In this document: piece after piece, positions 51,435 through 62,035 of the stretch
How positions within the stretch are numbered: the first letter of the stretch is position 1
Layout: each line of letters begins with the position of its first letter
Source of the DNA: an uncultured Pelagibacteraceae bacterium
GTDB lineage: Bacteria; Pseudomonadota; Alphaproteobacteria; Pelagibacterales; Pelagibacteraceae
Assembly: GCA_902529105.1 (NCBI GenBank)
Contig: CABZUW010000003.1
Location: forward strand, 31,825 to 95,824
DNA length: 64,000 bases
Reading direction: 5' to 3'
Position numbers and translations under genes: made by a program
Notes under the pieces: generated by a model
Seen by the model: only the letters and a program-made list of their open reading frames with translations
The model's database searches: none
Told to the model about the DNA's origin: nothing

Positions 51435-51748
51435 ATGATTTCAGTAAAATTTTAAATAAAGCCAAGGAACTAGAAGCTAGCATGAAAGATAGTCGCGAAA
51501 AAATAAAAAAAATAACTGCTGAGGGAGTTTCTGGAGGAGACAAAGTGAAGATTGTTTTAAATGGTGAAAATGAAATAATTGATATAAAAATTTCCAATGG
51601 AATTCTCAATGAAGATATAAATGTTTTGGAAGACCTGATTAAAGCTGCTCATACAAATGCAAAAATATCCTTAAAAAGCAAAACTGAGGAAGAGATTTCT
51701 AAATTAACAGGTGGATTTGGTATACCAGGTTTTAAGTGGCCGATTTGA
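51431..51748 (+). CDS. ybaB: YbaB/EbfC nucleoid-associated protein
   Basis: EGVSGG..V, LEDLI.AA; dnaX-ybaB-recR synteny. Confidence 0.92.
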   Translation: MNDFSKILNKAKELEASMKDSREKIKKITAEGVSGGDKVKIVLNGENEIIDIKISNGILNEDINVLEDLIKAAHTNAKISLKSKTEEEISKLTGGFGIPGFKWPI

Positions 51749-51749
51749 A

Positions 51750-52352
51750 ATGGATAAAATTCCTGAAATAGAAGAACTTATCAAATTAATTTCAAAATTA
51801 CCTGGGTTAGGACCAAAGTCTGCTAGAAAAATAATTCTTAAACTAATAAATAATAAAGAGGAATTGCACAAACCTCTAGTAAATTCGATGGCAAATGTTT
51901 TTAAAAATATAATTAGATGTGAAGTATGTGGTTCTTTAAAATCAGCCAATGTTAACTGTGAAAATTGTAATAAAAAAATAAATAAAGTAAATAAAATTTG
52001 TATTGTTGAGACTATTGCAGATCAGTGGTCTATTGAAAATTCAAATGTATTTAGTGGTTATTTTCATATTTTAGGAGGTAATGTTTTATCTTCTAGTAAA
52101 AATAAAAAAAATTTTTTAATTGAAAGTTTAATTGATCGCATTAAAATATTAAAAATTGACGAAGTAATAATAGCCACAAGTGTTACAATAGAAGGACAAA
52201 CTATGGCATACTATATACAGGACAGTCTAAAAAACTTAGATATAAAAATTTCAAAACTAGCTCAAGGTATACCGATGGGGGGCGAGCTTGAAAATCTAGA
52301 CGACGGTACTTTAAATTCTGCTTTTAAAAACAGAAAAAACATAATTATTTAA
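51750..52352 (+). CDS. recR: Recombination protein RecR (start moved to 51750)
   Basis: LPGLGPKSA, C4 zinc finger, ICIVE, EGQT, GIPMGGELE.LD. Confidence 0.95.
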   Translation: MDKIPEIEELIKLISKLPGLGPKSARKIILKLINNKEELHKPLVNSMANVFKNIIRCEVCGSLKSANVNCENCNKKINKVNKICIVETIADQWSIENSNVFSGYFHILGGNVLSSSKNKKNFLIESLIDRIKILKIDEVIIATSVTIEGQTMAYYIQDSLKNLDIKISKLAQGIPMGGELENLDDGTLNSAFKNRKNIII

Positions 52353-54496
52353 TTTTTTTTAATTAATCTATTTAAATGCAGTAGTGGCTCTGTGTAACCT
52401 GAAGGTTGATTTTTTCCTTGAAAAATTAATTCACAGGCAGTTTTAAAAGCAATTGATTTATCATAGTTAGGGCACATATTTTGATAATTTTTATCATTAT
52501 GATTTTGTTTATCAACAACCTCTGCCATTTTTTTCATAATTTCAAGAACTTGCTTTCTGCTACAAATTCCATGGTGCAACCAATTTGCAATAAGTTGAGA
52601 TGATATTCTTAATGTTGCTCTATCTTCCATTAGAAAAACACCATTTATATCAGGAACTTTCGAACAACCTATTCCCTGATCAATCCACCTAACCACATAT
52701 CCGAGTATACTTTGTGCGCAATTAGCTATTTCATTTCTTATATCTTTATTTTTCCAAATATTTTTTTTGGCGAAAGGGATTTTCAGCAAATCTATTTGTT
52801 TAGTTTTTTTTCTTTTTTTTAACTCTTTCTGTCTCTTAAAAACATCTATTTGATGATAGTGCAATGAGTGTAATGCAGCTGCTGTTGGCGATGGGACCCA
52901 TGCACAATTTGCTCCAGCACTTAAATGATTTATTTTCTCATTCATCATCTTGCCCATATTATCAGGCTCTGCAAACATACCTTTACCAATTTGAGCCACA
53001 CCACTAAAACCACACTTTAATCCAATATCAACATTGTTATTTTCATAAGCTTTAATCCATTCTGCATTTTTCATATCAGCTTTTTTGATCATTGGTCCAA
53101 ATTCCATTGAGGTATGTATTTCATCTCCTGTTCTATCTAAAAAACCAGTATTAATGAAAAAAACTCTATTTTGTAATTTTCTAATACATTCCTTTAAATT
53201 TAATGACGTACGTCTTTCTTCATCCATAATCCCACATTTAATCGTATATTTTTTGAGTTTTAAAACTTTTTCAACCTTTTCAAAAATCAAATTAGTAAAC
53301 CAACATTCTTCTGGTCCATGTTGTTTTGGTTTAACAATCATTATCGAGCCTGTCCTAGAATTTTTTTTTATTTTTAAATCATGTAATGAGCAAAGAGAGG
53401 TAACAAATGCATCTAAAATACCCTCCGGTATTTCTGATCCATCTTTAAGCAATACACATGGATTAGTCATTAAATGTCCTACGTTTCTATTTAACAGAAG
53501 TGCTCTTCCATGTAGCTTGCTAATTGAGCCGTCTTTTTTTAAAAATTTTCTGTCCGGATTTAATTTTCTCAAATATACTTTACCTTTTTTTTCAAATTTT
53601 GACTTTAAATTACCCTTCATTAAACCAAGCCAGTTTTTATATCCATTCACTTTATCTTTAGCGTCAACACCAGATACAGAATCTTCATGATCACAAATTG
53701 TAGTTACGGCTGACTCAACTATAATATCAGCTATACCTGCAGGATCACTTTTTGCACTAAATGCGGATGGATTTATTATTATTTCAACGTGTAAATTATT
53801 ATTTTTTAATATTATTGCTGTTGGATTATCTTTTGTACCTCTAAATCCAATAAATTTGTTGGAGTCCTTAAGACCATCTTTAAATTTATAAGTATCTAAA
53901 ACTAATTCAGAATTTTCTATTTTTATATTAACAATATCTTTCCAATTTTTTTTTTTTAAACTAAAAAAATTGTCTAAAAATTTTTTAGCATATTTAATAA
54001 CTTCTAATCCTCTTTCTGGATCATATCTTTCACTTGCAGACTCCTCTGTTTGAATAACATCAGTTCCATACAAGCTATCATAAAGAGATTGAAACCTAGC
54101 ATTGACAGCATTTAAAGCGTATCTGGCATTACTAATTGGTACTACAAGTTGTGGTCCAGGTATCTTTGAAATCTCATCATCCAAATCTTTAGTTTTAATC
54201 TTAAAATCTGGCCCCTCTTTTTTTAAATAACCAATTTTCCTCAAAAATAACTCATAATCTTTTAAATTAAAATTTTTGCTATTATTAAGATGCCATCTAT
54301 CTATTTCTAATTGTAATTTTCTTCTCTCATCTAATAATTTTTTATTAATTGGAACTAATATTTTTAATGAGTCACTTAACCCTACCCAAAACTGATTAGA
54401 TGTAATTCCACTTTCTGTCAAAGCTTCATAATTTATAAAATCATAAAGATTTTTTGACACTGACAAATTAGCCACTTTCAAATACTCCTCAGACAA
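52349..54496 (-). CDS. glcB: Malate synthase G
   Basis: GPQLVVP, SLYDSLYG, DHEDS, RNVGHLM, MDEERRTS, NTGFLDRTGDE, MEDRATLR; TTG start with GGGAG SD. Confidence 0.97.
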   Translation of the reverse strand: MSEEYLKVANLSVSKNLYDFINYEALTESGITSNQFWVGLSDSLKILVPINKKLLDERRKLQLEIDRWHLNNSKNFNLKDYELFLRKIGYLKKEGPDFKIKTKDLDDEISKIPGPQLVVPISNARYALNAVNARFQSLYDSLYGTDVIQTEESASERYDPERGLEVIKYAKKFLDNFFSLKKKNWKDIVNIKIENSELVLDTYKFKDGLKDSNKFIGFRGTKDNPTAIILKNNNLHVEIIINPSAFSAKSDPAGIADIIVESAVTTICDHEDSVSGVDAKDKVNGYKNWLGLMKGNLKSKFEKKGKVYLRKLNPDRKFLKKDGSISKLHGRALLLNRNVGHLMTNPCVLLKDGSEIPEGILDAFVTSLCSLHDLKIKKNSRTGSIMIVKPKQHGPEECWFTNLIFEKVEKVLKLKKYTIKCGIMDEERRTSLNLKECIRKLQNRVFFINTGFLDRTGDEIHTSMEFGPMIKKADMKNAEWIKAYENNNVDIGLKCGFSGVAQIGKGMFAEPDNMGKMMNEKINHLSAGANCAWVPSPTAAALHSLHYHQIDVFKRQKELKKRKKTKQIDLLKIPFAKKNIWKNKDIRNEIANCAQSILGYVVRWIDQGIGCSKVPDINGVFLMEDRATLRISSQLIANWLHHGICSRKQVLEIMKKMAEVVDKQNHNDKNYQNMCPNYDKSIAFKTACELIFQGKNQPSGYTEPLLHLNRLIKKN

Positions 54497-54576
54497 ATTT
54501 TATCTCCCTAGGTCTCTTAAATAGAAATTTTAATTGACATTTTATTGTCTTTTTTGATTATAATAAACATAAATTT

Positions 54577-55674
54577 ATGAAAAATTATTTAAATTTTGAA
54601 AATGAAATTAAAGACTTAGAAAAAGAACTCGAGAGGCTTAAAGATCCTTTTAATTCAGAGGGAATATCACAAGTTAATACAGACAAGATATCAATTTTAG
54701 AAAAAGATCTAAATAACAAATTAAAAAAAATTTACTCAAATCTAAACCCATGGCAAACAACTCTTGTTGCAAGACATGAAGACAGACCTAAATCAAAATT
54801 TTTTATTGAAAATTTATTCAGCGATTTTGTACAATTATCTGGCGACAGGTCTTATGGTGAAGATAAATCATTGATTTCAGGTCTAGGAAGATTTGAAGGG
54901 AAATCTGTATTAGTCCTTGGTCAAGAGAAAGGGGAGGATCTAGATACTAGAATCGAAAGAAATTTTGGCATGATGAAACCTGAGGGATACAGAAAAAATA
55001 TTAGATTAATGAAGTTAGCTGAAAAATTTAATATTCCAATAATTTGTTTTATAGACACTCCAGGGGCATATCCAGGTGTAGGGGCTGAGGAAAGAGGACA
55101 GGCCGAGGCTATTGCGCGCTCCATAGAAACATGCATGGAACTCAACGTGCCAAATATTTCAATTATAATTGGAGAGGGTGGATCTGGTGGTGCTATCGCA
55201 CTTGCATCATCTAATAAAGTATTGATGTTGGAAAATGCTATATACTCAGTAATTTCTCCCGAAGGTTGTGCAACAATACTTTGGCGAGATCCCACTAAAA
55301 CATTAGAGGCTGCTCAAGCGATGAAACTTACCTCATCAGACTTACTAAAGTTAAATATAATCGACGAAATAATACCTGAACCTGTTGGTGGGGCTCATAG
55401 AAATACAGATGAAATATTAATCTCATTAAAAAAATCTATATCGAAAAATTTATTTTTCTTTGAACAAATGAGTTCAAACCAGATTCTTGAACATAGAAAA
55501 AATAAATTTTTATCAATTGGAAGAGATAAAGGTTTCATTATAGGTGAAAGCAAAATTAGCCTTGTTAAAGAGAAATCATTCTCAAATAAAATGAAAGAAC
55601 AAATATTTAAAAAGCCTTATTTAGTAATTTATTTAATGATCATTCTAGTTTTGATTTACTTATTTATATTATAA
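54577..55674 (+). CDS. accA: Acetyl-CoA carboxylase carboxyltransferase alpha subunit
   Basis: RNFGM, DTPGAYPG, GEGGSGGA, YSVISPEG; hydrophobic C-terminal tail. Confidence 0.96.
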   Translation: MKNYLNFENEIKDLEKELERLKDPFNSEGISQVNTDKISILEKDLNNKLKKIYSNLNPWQTTLVARHEDRPKSKFFIENLFSDFVQLSGDRSYGEDKSLISGLGRFEGKSVLVLGQEKGEDLDTRIERNFGMMKPEGYRKNIRLMKLAEKFNIPIICFIDTPGAYPGVGAEERGQAEAIARSIETCMELNVPNISIIIGEGGSGGAIALASSNKVLMLENAIYSVISPEGCATILWRDPTKTLEAAQAMKLTSSDLLKLNIIDEIIPEPVGGAHRNTDEILISLKKSISKNLFFFEQMSSNQILEHRKNKFLSIGRDKGFIIGESKISLVKEKSFSNKMKEQIFKKPYLVIYLMIILVLIYLFIL

Positions 55675-58194
55675 TGATCCGCAACAATGCTTATATTTCT
55701 TTTTTGAACCACAAAAGCATGGCTCATTCCTTCCGATTTTTTTTCCAATAAACTTTGGATCAATCTTTTTTTTTTTATCATTATTCTCTTGTTGCTCACT
55801 TTTAATTATGGAAATATTTGTGATAATAGTTATAAAATCTGTTTTCAATTTTTCTAATAAGTTTTCAAATAGCATAAAGGCTTCTTTTTTATATTCAATC
55901 AATGGATCTCTATTTCCATAAGATCTTAAACCAATTACTTGCCTTAATTGTTCCAAATATTGAATGTGCAACTTCCAATTTTGGTCAATAACCTGCAAAA
56001 AAAATTTTTTTTCTATATCTTCATAGTTTTTTTTTCCTAATAAGACTATTCTTTCATTTTTATTTTTAATGTATTTAGCTTTGATATCATTCATAAAATC
56101 GTCGCCTGTCTTTTTAGCCAGTTCTAAAATTTCATTATCTTTGTACATCTTTCCATAAATTTTTTTAAATTTATTGATAAAGTTATTATCTTTTGGATTT
56201 ATAAGATACCTCTCTTTTTCTTTGGCAAAATCAGAATTAATTTCATCAATAAATTTGTCAGTAAAATTAAATCCTTCTTTATCTAATATAATTTTTTTCC
56301 TCTGTTCAAATATCACTTGTCTTTGATCATTTAATACATTGTCAAATTTTAATAATGTTTTTCTTATATCAAAATTTCTAGACTCAACTTTCTGTTGTGC
56401 TCTTTCTAAGGCCTTATTTATCCAAGGATGATCTATGCTTTCTCCATCTTTTAAACCAAGTTTTTCTAGCATTTTATTCATGGATTCTGATCCGAAAATT
56501 CTCATTAAATCATCCTCAAGGCTTACATAAAAAATGGAAAATCCCTCATCACCCTGTCTCCCAGATCTACCTCTTGCCTGATTATCTACTCTTCTGCTTT
56601 CCATTCTTTCTGTACCTATTATATATAGTCCTCCTAACTTTTTAATTTTATCTTTTTGATTATCTCTATTTTCTTTACCACCAAGTTTAATATCAACGCC
56701 TCGTCCAGATATGCTGGTAGTAATAATAATAGAGCCTAAACGTCCAGCATTTGCAATAATATCTGCCTCTCTTTCATGATTTTTTGCATTTAAAATTAAA
56801 TGATCAATTTTCTTTTTCTTTAATAACTCAGAATAATGTTCAGATTTATTTATACTTGAGGTAAAAACTAATATTGGTTGTGCTTTTGATTTTATTTCGA
56901 CTATTTTTTTAATAATCGCATCGTCTTTTTCAGCTTGTGTTCTAAAGATTTGGTCGTTCAAATCTTTACGAATCATTTTTTTATTTGTAGGAATAGAGAC
57001 AACATTCAAATTATAGATTTCAAAAAATTCTTCAGCCTCTGTTAAAGCGGTACCAGTGCATCCGGAGAGTTTTGTATATAATTTAAAATAATTCTGATAT
57101 GTGATAGATGCTAATGTTTGATTTTCAGATTGAATATCTAAATTTTCTTTTGCTTCTAAACTTTGATGTAAACCATCTCCAAATCGTCTTCCTGGCAATT
57201 GACGTCCCGTTTGCTCATCTATAATTATAATTTGATTGTCTTTTATAATATAATCTCTTCCATTTACGAATAAATAATTTGCTTTTAAAGCTTGATTAAC
57301 GTAATGGACAAGACTGATATTTTCTGGATCATAAAAATTATTATTTTTAAGAATACCAGCATTAGAAAAAATATTCTCAATTTTATCAACACCTTTCTCT
57401 GTTAATATAATATTTTTATCTTTTTCATCAATTTCAAAATCATGATTGTTTAGTTTTTTTATAAGTTTATTTACGATTGTATACTGAGTAGCCTTATCTT
57501 CAGATTGCCCGCTAATTATCAAAGGTGTTCTTGCTTCATCAATTAGACAAGAATCTATCTCATCAACAATGGCATAATGATGACCTCTTTGCACTAATGT
57601 CTCAGATGAGTATTTCATGTTATCTCTTAGATAATCAAATCCAAGTTCACTATTTGTTGCATAAGTTATATCGCAATTATAATTTTTCTTTCTTTCTTCA
57701 TCGGACTGTCCTGAGTTGATAAATCCACAAGTTAAACCTAAATATTCAAATATTTTTCCCATATTTTCGCAGTCTCTTTTAGCAAGGTAATCATTAACAG
57801 TAACAATGTGGACTCCTTTTTTTTCAAGTGCGTTTAAGTAAGCAGCTAAAACAATAGTCAAAGTTTTTCCCTCTCCTGTTTTCATTTCAGCTATTTTTGC
57901 AGAATTTAATACAACTCCACCGACTATCTGTACATCAAAATGCCTTTCATTGAATATTCTTTTAGAACTCTCTCTTACTAACGCGTAAGCCTCCGGCAAA
58001 ACTTCAGTCAACGTTGTACCATTAGCTATTTTACTTACTAGAATTTTTGTCTTATTTTTAAATTCTTGCTCCTCTAAATTTGAAATTTTTAATTCAAATT
58101 TGTTTACCTCATCAACAGTTTTCTTTATTTTATCTAACTCTTTTTGATTGTTAGATCTAAACAATTTGCCAAGTATTTTAATTGGATTTAACAT
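55669..58194 (-). CDS. secA: Preprotein translocase ATPase SecA
   Basis: MKTGEGKT, DEIDS..IDEARTPL, RGRSGRQGD, C-terminal CFCGS..YKHCC. Confidence 0.97.
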   Translation of the reverse strand: MLNPIKILGKLFRSNNQKELDKIKKTVDEVNKFELKISNLEEQEFKNKTKILVSKIANGTTLTEVLPEAYALVRESSKRIFNERHFDVQIVGGVVLNSAKIAEMKTGEGKTLTIVLAAYLNALEKKGVHIVTVNDYLAKRDCENMGKIFEYLGLTCGFINSGQSDEERKKNYNCDITYATNSELGFDYLRDNMKYSSETLVQRGHHYAIVDEIDSCLIDEARTPLIISGQSEDKATQYTIVNKLIKKLNNHDFEIDEKDKNIILTEKGVDKIENIFSNAGILKNNNFYDPENISLVHYVNQALKANYLFVNGRDYIIKDNQIIIIDEQTGRQLPGRRFGDGLHQSLEAKENLDIQSENQTLASITYQNYFKLYTKLSGCTGTALTEAEEFFEIYNLNVVSIPTNKKMIRKDLNDQIFRTQAEKDDAIIKKIVEIKSKAQPILVFTSSINKSEHYSELLKKKKIDHLILNAKNHEREADIIANAGRLGSIIITTSISGRGVDIKLGGKENRDNQKDKIKKLGGLYIIGTERMESRRVDNQARGRSGRQGDEGFSIFYVSLEDDLMRIFGSESMNKMLEKLGLKDGESIDHPWINKALERAQQKVESRNFDIRKTLLKFDNVLNDQRQVIFEQRKKIILDKEGFNFTDKFIDEINSDFAKEKERYLINPKDNNFINKFKKIYGKMYKDNEILELAKKTGDDFMNDIKAKYIKNKNERIVLLGKKNYEDIEKKFFLQVIDQNWKLHIQYLEQLRQVIGLRSYGNRDPLIEYKKEAFMLFENLLEKLKTDFITIITNISIIKSEQQENNDKKKKIDPKFIGKKIGRNEPCFCGSKKKYKHCCGSL

Positions 58195-58264
58195 TATTTA
58201 TAAATTTGATGTATAATTTTTCATCTCTATTTAATATAGTAATTAAGAAAATAAATTAAATAGT

Positions 58265-59566
58265 ATGCCAATAAAGATTAGCAATTTCTTTAATTATCAA
58301 AATAATAACTCTAAAATTGGAGATTTTCAGGATCTTGAGCACATTGATGGGGTTTCAATTTCAGCCACTAGCGCTAATTTGTATAACCTTAAAAGAGATG
58401 ATGTGGTTCTTTTTTATTTCAGGAAGGGAGCCTCATATGCAAATGTTTATACTCAATCAAAGATTATTTCAGAAAATATCAAGTGGAATCAAAAAATTAA
58501 AACAAAAAAGATTAAATGCATTATGATCAATACCAGAAATGCAAATGCCTTTACTGGCACCCAAGGACATAAAAGTTTAAAAATAATTTCTGAAAAATTA
58601 GCTGAGGGTCTTACACTTAAACAAAAAGAAGATGAGGAGCAACCAGTCAGAATAAAATCAAATGAGATACTTTTTGCATGCACAGGCACTATTGGTGAAC
58701 CTTTTCCTTTAGAAAAAATATCAAGTTCACTGCCGTCACTTTTAAAAAATTTAAAGTATACTCAAAATAAATATCTTTGGATCAAAGCTTCTATGGGTAT
58801 ATTAACTACTGACATCAAACCAAAAATGTCAATGGAAGAATGCAGAATAGGAAATACTAACATCAAAATATATGGTATCGCAAAAGGTTCGGGTATGATT
58901 TATCCTAATATGGCAACAACTTTAGGGTTCTTATTCACTGATGCCAAACTATCGTCCGCTGTATTAAAAAAAATTCTTAAAAAAGGTATAGCTAATTCAT
59001 TTAATGCAATAACATGTGATGGAGATACTAGCACGAATGATATGGTCTCTATTTTTGCTACTGGTGAAGCAAAGAATACTGAAATAAAAAATGTCAATGA
59101 TCAAAAACTTACTGAATTTCAAAAAAAAGTTGATACAGTTTTACTTAACCTAGCCAAAAGTATCGTTGCAGACGGTGAAGGTGCATCTAAATTTATTACT
59201 GTATCCGTATTAAATTGTAAAAAAGATGAAGATGCAAAAAAAATTGCATTTTCTATTGCTAACTCACCACTAGTTAAAACAGCTATAAATGGAGAAGATC
59301 CAAATTGGGGGAGAATTGTCATGGCACTTGGAAAAACAAATATTAAATTAAATATAAATAAGTTAGAAATTTTTATTGGAAATATTAAAATAATCGAGAA
59401 TGGTCAAATTTACTCAAAATATAAAGAAGATGATGCATCAGAATATATGAAAAATGAAAAAATTGATATTACAGTTGATTTGAATATTGGTAATAAGAAT
59501 TTTACCGCATATACCATGGATTTTAGTAAAGATTATATAAACATAAATTCTGATTATAGATCTTAA
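58265..59566 (+). CDS. argJ: Ornithine acetyltransferase
   Basis: NANAFTG, AKGSGMI.PNMATT, DGDTSTND, DGEGA, DPNWGR. Confidence 0.96.
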   Translation: MPIKISNFFNYQNNNSKIGDFQDLEHIDGVSISATSANLYNLKRDDVVLFYFRKGASYANVYTQSKIISENIKWNQKIKTKKIKCIMINTRNANAFTGTQGHKSLKIISEKLAEGLTLKQKEDEEQPVRIKSNEILFACTGTIGEPFPLEKISSSLPSLLKNLKYTQNKYLWIKASMGILTTDIKPKMSMEECRIGNTNIKIYGIAKGSGMIYPNMATTLGFLFTDAKLSSAVLKKILKKGIANSFNAITCDGDTSTNDMVSIFATGEAKNTEIKNVNDQKLTEFQKKVDTVLLNLAKSIVADGEGASKFITVSVLNCKKDEDAKKIAFSIANSPLVKTAINGEDPNWGRIVMALGKTNIKLNINKLEIFIGNIKIIENGQIYSKYKEDDASEYMKNEKIDITVDLNIGNKNFTAYTMDFSKDYININSDYRS

Positions 59567-59603
59567 ATGTTGAAATTTACTAACTAGTTATTAAATTAAG
59601 GTA

Positions 59604-60029
59604 GTGATTAAATATAAATTAGAATGTAAAAGTTGTTTAAAAACTTTTGATAGCTGGTTTAGCTCCTCTAAAGAATTTGATAGAATAAAGAGTTTAAAAC
59701 TCTTAAATTGTAACTACTGCAAATCTAAAAATATTGATAAAACTTTGATGGCACCAAATGTTAAATTAATTAAAAAAAGTAAAATCACTCAAAATATAAA
59801 TAAATTTAAAGAGTTTAAAAAAAAAATAAGAAGTTATCAAAATTTTATAAGAAATAATTTTAAGTACGTTGGTGATAATTTTTCTTACGAAGCAAGAGCT
59901 ATAAATTATTTAAATAAAAAAAATCATAAAGGTATTTATGGCAAAGCTAATATTAAAGAAATAAAAGAATTAAATCAGGAGGGCATCAAAACCCAGATTA
60001 TTCCTTGGTTTAATGATATAGAAAATTAA
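59604..60029 (+). CDS. DUF1178-like zinc-ribbon protein
   Basis: MIKY.L.C, FDSWF, C..C, MAPN, YVGDNF..EAR, IYG.A. Confidence 0.85.
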   Translation: MIKYKLECKSCLKTFDSWFSSSKEFDRIKSLKLLNCNYCKSKNIDKTLMAPNVKLIKKSKITQNINKFKEFKKKIRSYQNFIRNNFKYVGDNFSYEARAINYLNKKNHKGIYGKANIKEIKELNQEGIKTQIIPWFNDIEN

Positions 60030-60766
60030 TATTTAATGAATTTTGATATATAATTTACAGAATTATCGGAGCTAATTTTCCATTGATTTGAAATTAGGTC
60101 AAGTTTTACTCCATCTAGTTTATTTAATTTTAATGAACTGTTTTTAGCAAGTTTTTCAAGGTGATCAGGTTTTACAAATTTATTCCAATCATGAGTTCCA
60201 ATTGGTAGCCACTTCAGTACATATTCAGCACCAACAATTGCAAATAAATAAGATTTTAAAGTTTTGTTAATAGTAGCTATATACATTAAACCACCTTTTT
60301 TTAAAAATTTCGACGTTTGTCTTAAAAATAAATCTAGATTTTCGACATGCTCAACTATTTCCATATTTAGTATAATGTCGAATTTTTTTTTATATTTGAA
60401 ATTTTCTGGAGATGTACAAAAATATTTAACTTTTAAATTATTTTTTTTTAAATGTTTTTTAGCTATTTTGATGTTTTTAGAGGATGCATCAATTCCCACC
60501 ACATTCGCACCTAATCTTGACAGAGGTTCAGTTAATAGACCTCCTCCACAACCAACATCAAGAATATTCAAACCTTTTAGAGGTTCGTATGTATTCTTAA
60601 TTTTAAAATGTACTTGAGTATTATTTTTAATATACTTTAACCTTACAGGATTAAATTTATGCAAAGGCTTAAATTTTCCGTTAGGGTCCCACCATTCCTC
60701 AGACATTTGTGTAAATTTATCAATTTCTTCTTTGATAACTGTTGATTTACTCATTCTTGTTGACAT
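60026..60766 (-). CDS. ubiG: Ubiquinone biosynthesis O-methyltransferase
   Basis: WWDPNG.FKPLH, LDVGCGGG, MEIVEHV, GTHDW; alternative start at 60754. Confidence 0.95.
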   Translation of the reverse strand: MSTRMSKSTVIKEEIDKFTQMSEEWWDPNGKFKPLHKFNPVRLKYIKNNTQVHFKIKNTYEPLKGLNILDVGCGGGLLTEPLSRLGANVVGIDASSKNIKIAKKHLKKNNLKVKYFCTSPENFKYKKKFDIILNMEIVEHVENLDLFLRQTSKFLKKGGLMYIATINKTLKSYLFAIVGAEYVLKWLPIGTHDWNKFVKPDHLEKLAKNSSLKLNKLDGVKLDLISNQWKISSDNSVNYISKFIKY

Positions 60767-60820
60767 AATAATTTAGATGTATTTTATGAGGTTATTTAGA
60801 GTTAAATATAAAATTTATCA

Positions 60821-62035
60821 ATGAAAATTGTTGTTATAAAATTTGGCGGTACATCTGTTGGGTCAATAAACAGAATAAAAAAAGTAGCAGAAATCATAGC
60901 AAAATATAAAAAAAATAAATATAAAGTTGTAGTAGTATCTTCTGCAATGAGCGGTGTAACAAATGATTTAGTGAAAAAATCTGAAAAAATTTCAGACGAC
61001 TTTGATAAAACTGAATATGATACCTTAGTATCAGCAGGCGAACAGATTTCCTGCTCTCTTATAGCTGGAAGACTAAATCATATTGGATATGTTTCAAAAT
61101 CTATGATGGCTTGGCAAATACCAATACAGACAGATGATAATTTCAGAAATGCAAATATAAATAATATTAACATAAGAAAAATAATAAATTATTTAAAAAT
61201 TGGAGGAGTACCTATAATAGCAGGATTTCAAGGAGTAACTAAAAATGGAAGAATAACTACTTTAGGTCGAGGAGGCTCAGATTACTCAGCAATCGTACTT
61301 GCAAAAAGTCTTAAAGCTATTAAGTGTATTATTTATACCGATGTAATTGGTGTAATGACCACTGATCCTAAAATTAACAATAAAGCTAAAAAAATAAAAG
61401 TAATTTCTTACGAAGAAATGCTAGAGATGTCTTCTTTAGGATCAAAAGTTATGCAATCTAATTCTGTTCAAGATGCAAGGTTGAATAGAATTGATGTAAT
61501 TGTAAAATCATCTTTTTCAAAAAACTCTGGAACTCTTATTACTAAAAGAAAAAATATAATTAATAATAAAGTAATTACCGGAATATCTGTTACAAAAAAT
61601 GATGCTAAAGTTACTCTGGTAGGAGTAGTAGACAAACCTGGTGTTGCAGCATCCATATTTAAACCTTTATATATTAACAATATAAACGTTGATATGGTTG
61701 TTCAAAATATATCTGCAGATGGTCATAAAACTGATATTACTTTTACAATTAATTCTAAGGACTTAAATAAAACTCAAAATTTACTTAAATTTAACAAAAA
61801 TGTTAAGTATAATAAAATTTTATTTGATCGAGAAGTCTCAAAAGTATCCATAATTGGTGTAGGAATGATAACAACACCGGGAGTTACTTTTAGAATGTTT
61901 CAGAGTTTAAGTAAAAAAAAAATAAACATCTTAGCTATTTCTACATCAGAAATTAAGATATCTGTTTTAATAAAAAGAAAACATATTAGAAAAGCCGTTG
62001 TTAGTCTTCATAGAGAATTTAAACTTGATCAATAA
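60821..62035 (+). CDS. lysC: Aspartate kinase
   Basis: KFGGTSV, VVSAM, TTLGRGGSD, two ACT domains, TSEIK. Confidence 0.95.
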   Translation: MKIVVIKFGGTSVGSINRIKKVAEIIAKYKKNKYKVVVVSSAMSGVTNDLVKKSEKISDDFDKTEYDTLVSAGEQISCSLIAGRLNHIGYVSKSMMAWQIPIQTDDNFRNANINNINIRKIINYLKIGGVPIIAGFQGVTKNGRITTLGRGGSDYSAIVLAKSLKAIKCIIYTDVIGVMTTDPKINNKAKKIKVISYEEMLEMSSLGSKVMQSNSVQDARLNRIDVIVKSSFSKNSGTLITKRKNIINNKVITGISVTKNDAKVTLVGVVDKPGVAASIFKPLYINNINVDMVVQNISADGHKTDITFTINSKDLNKTQNLLKFNKNVKYNKILFDREVSKVSIIGVGMITTPGVTFRMFQSLSKKKINILAISTSEIKISVLIKRKHIRKAVVSLHREFKLDQ

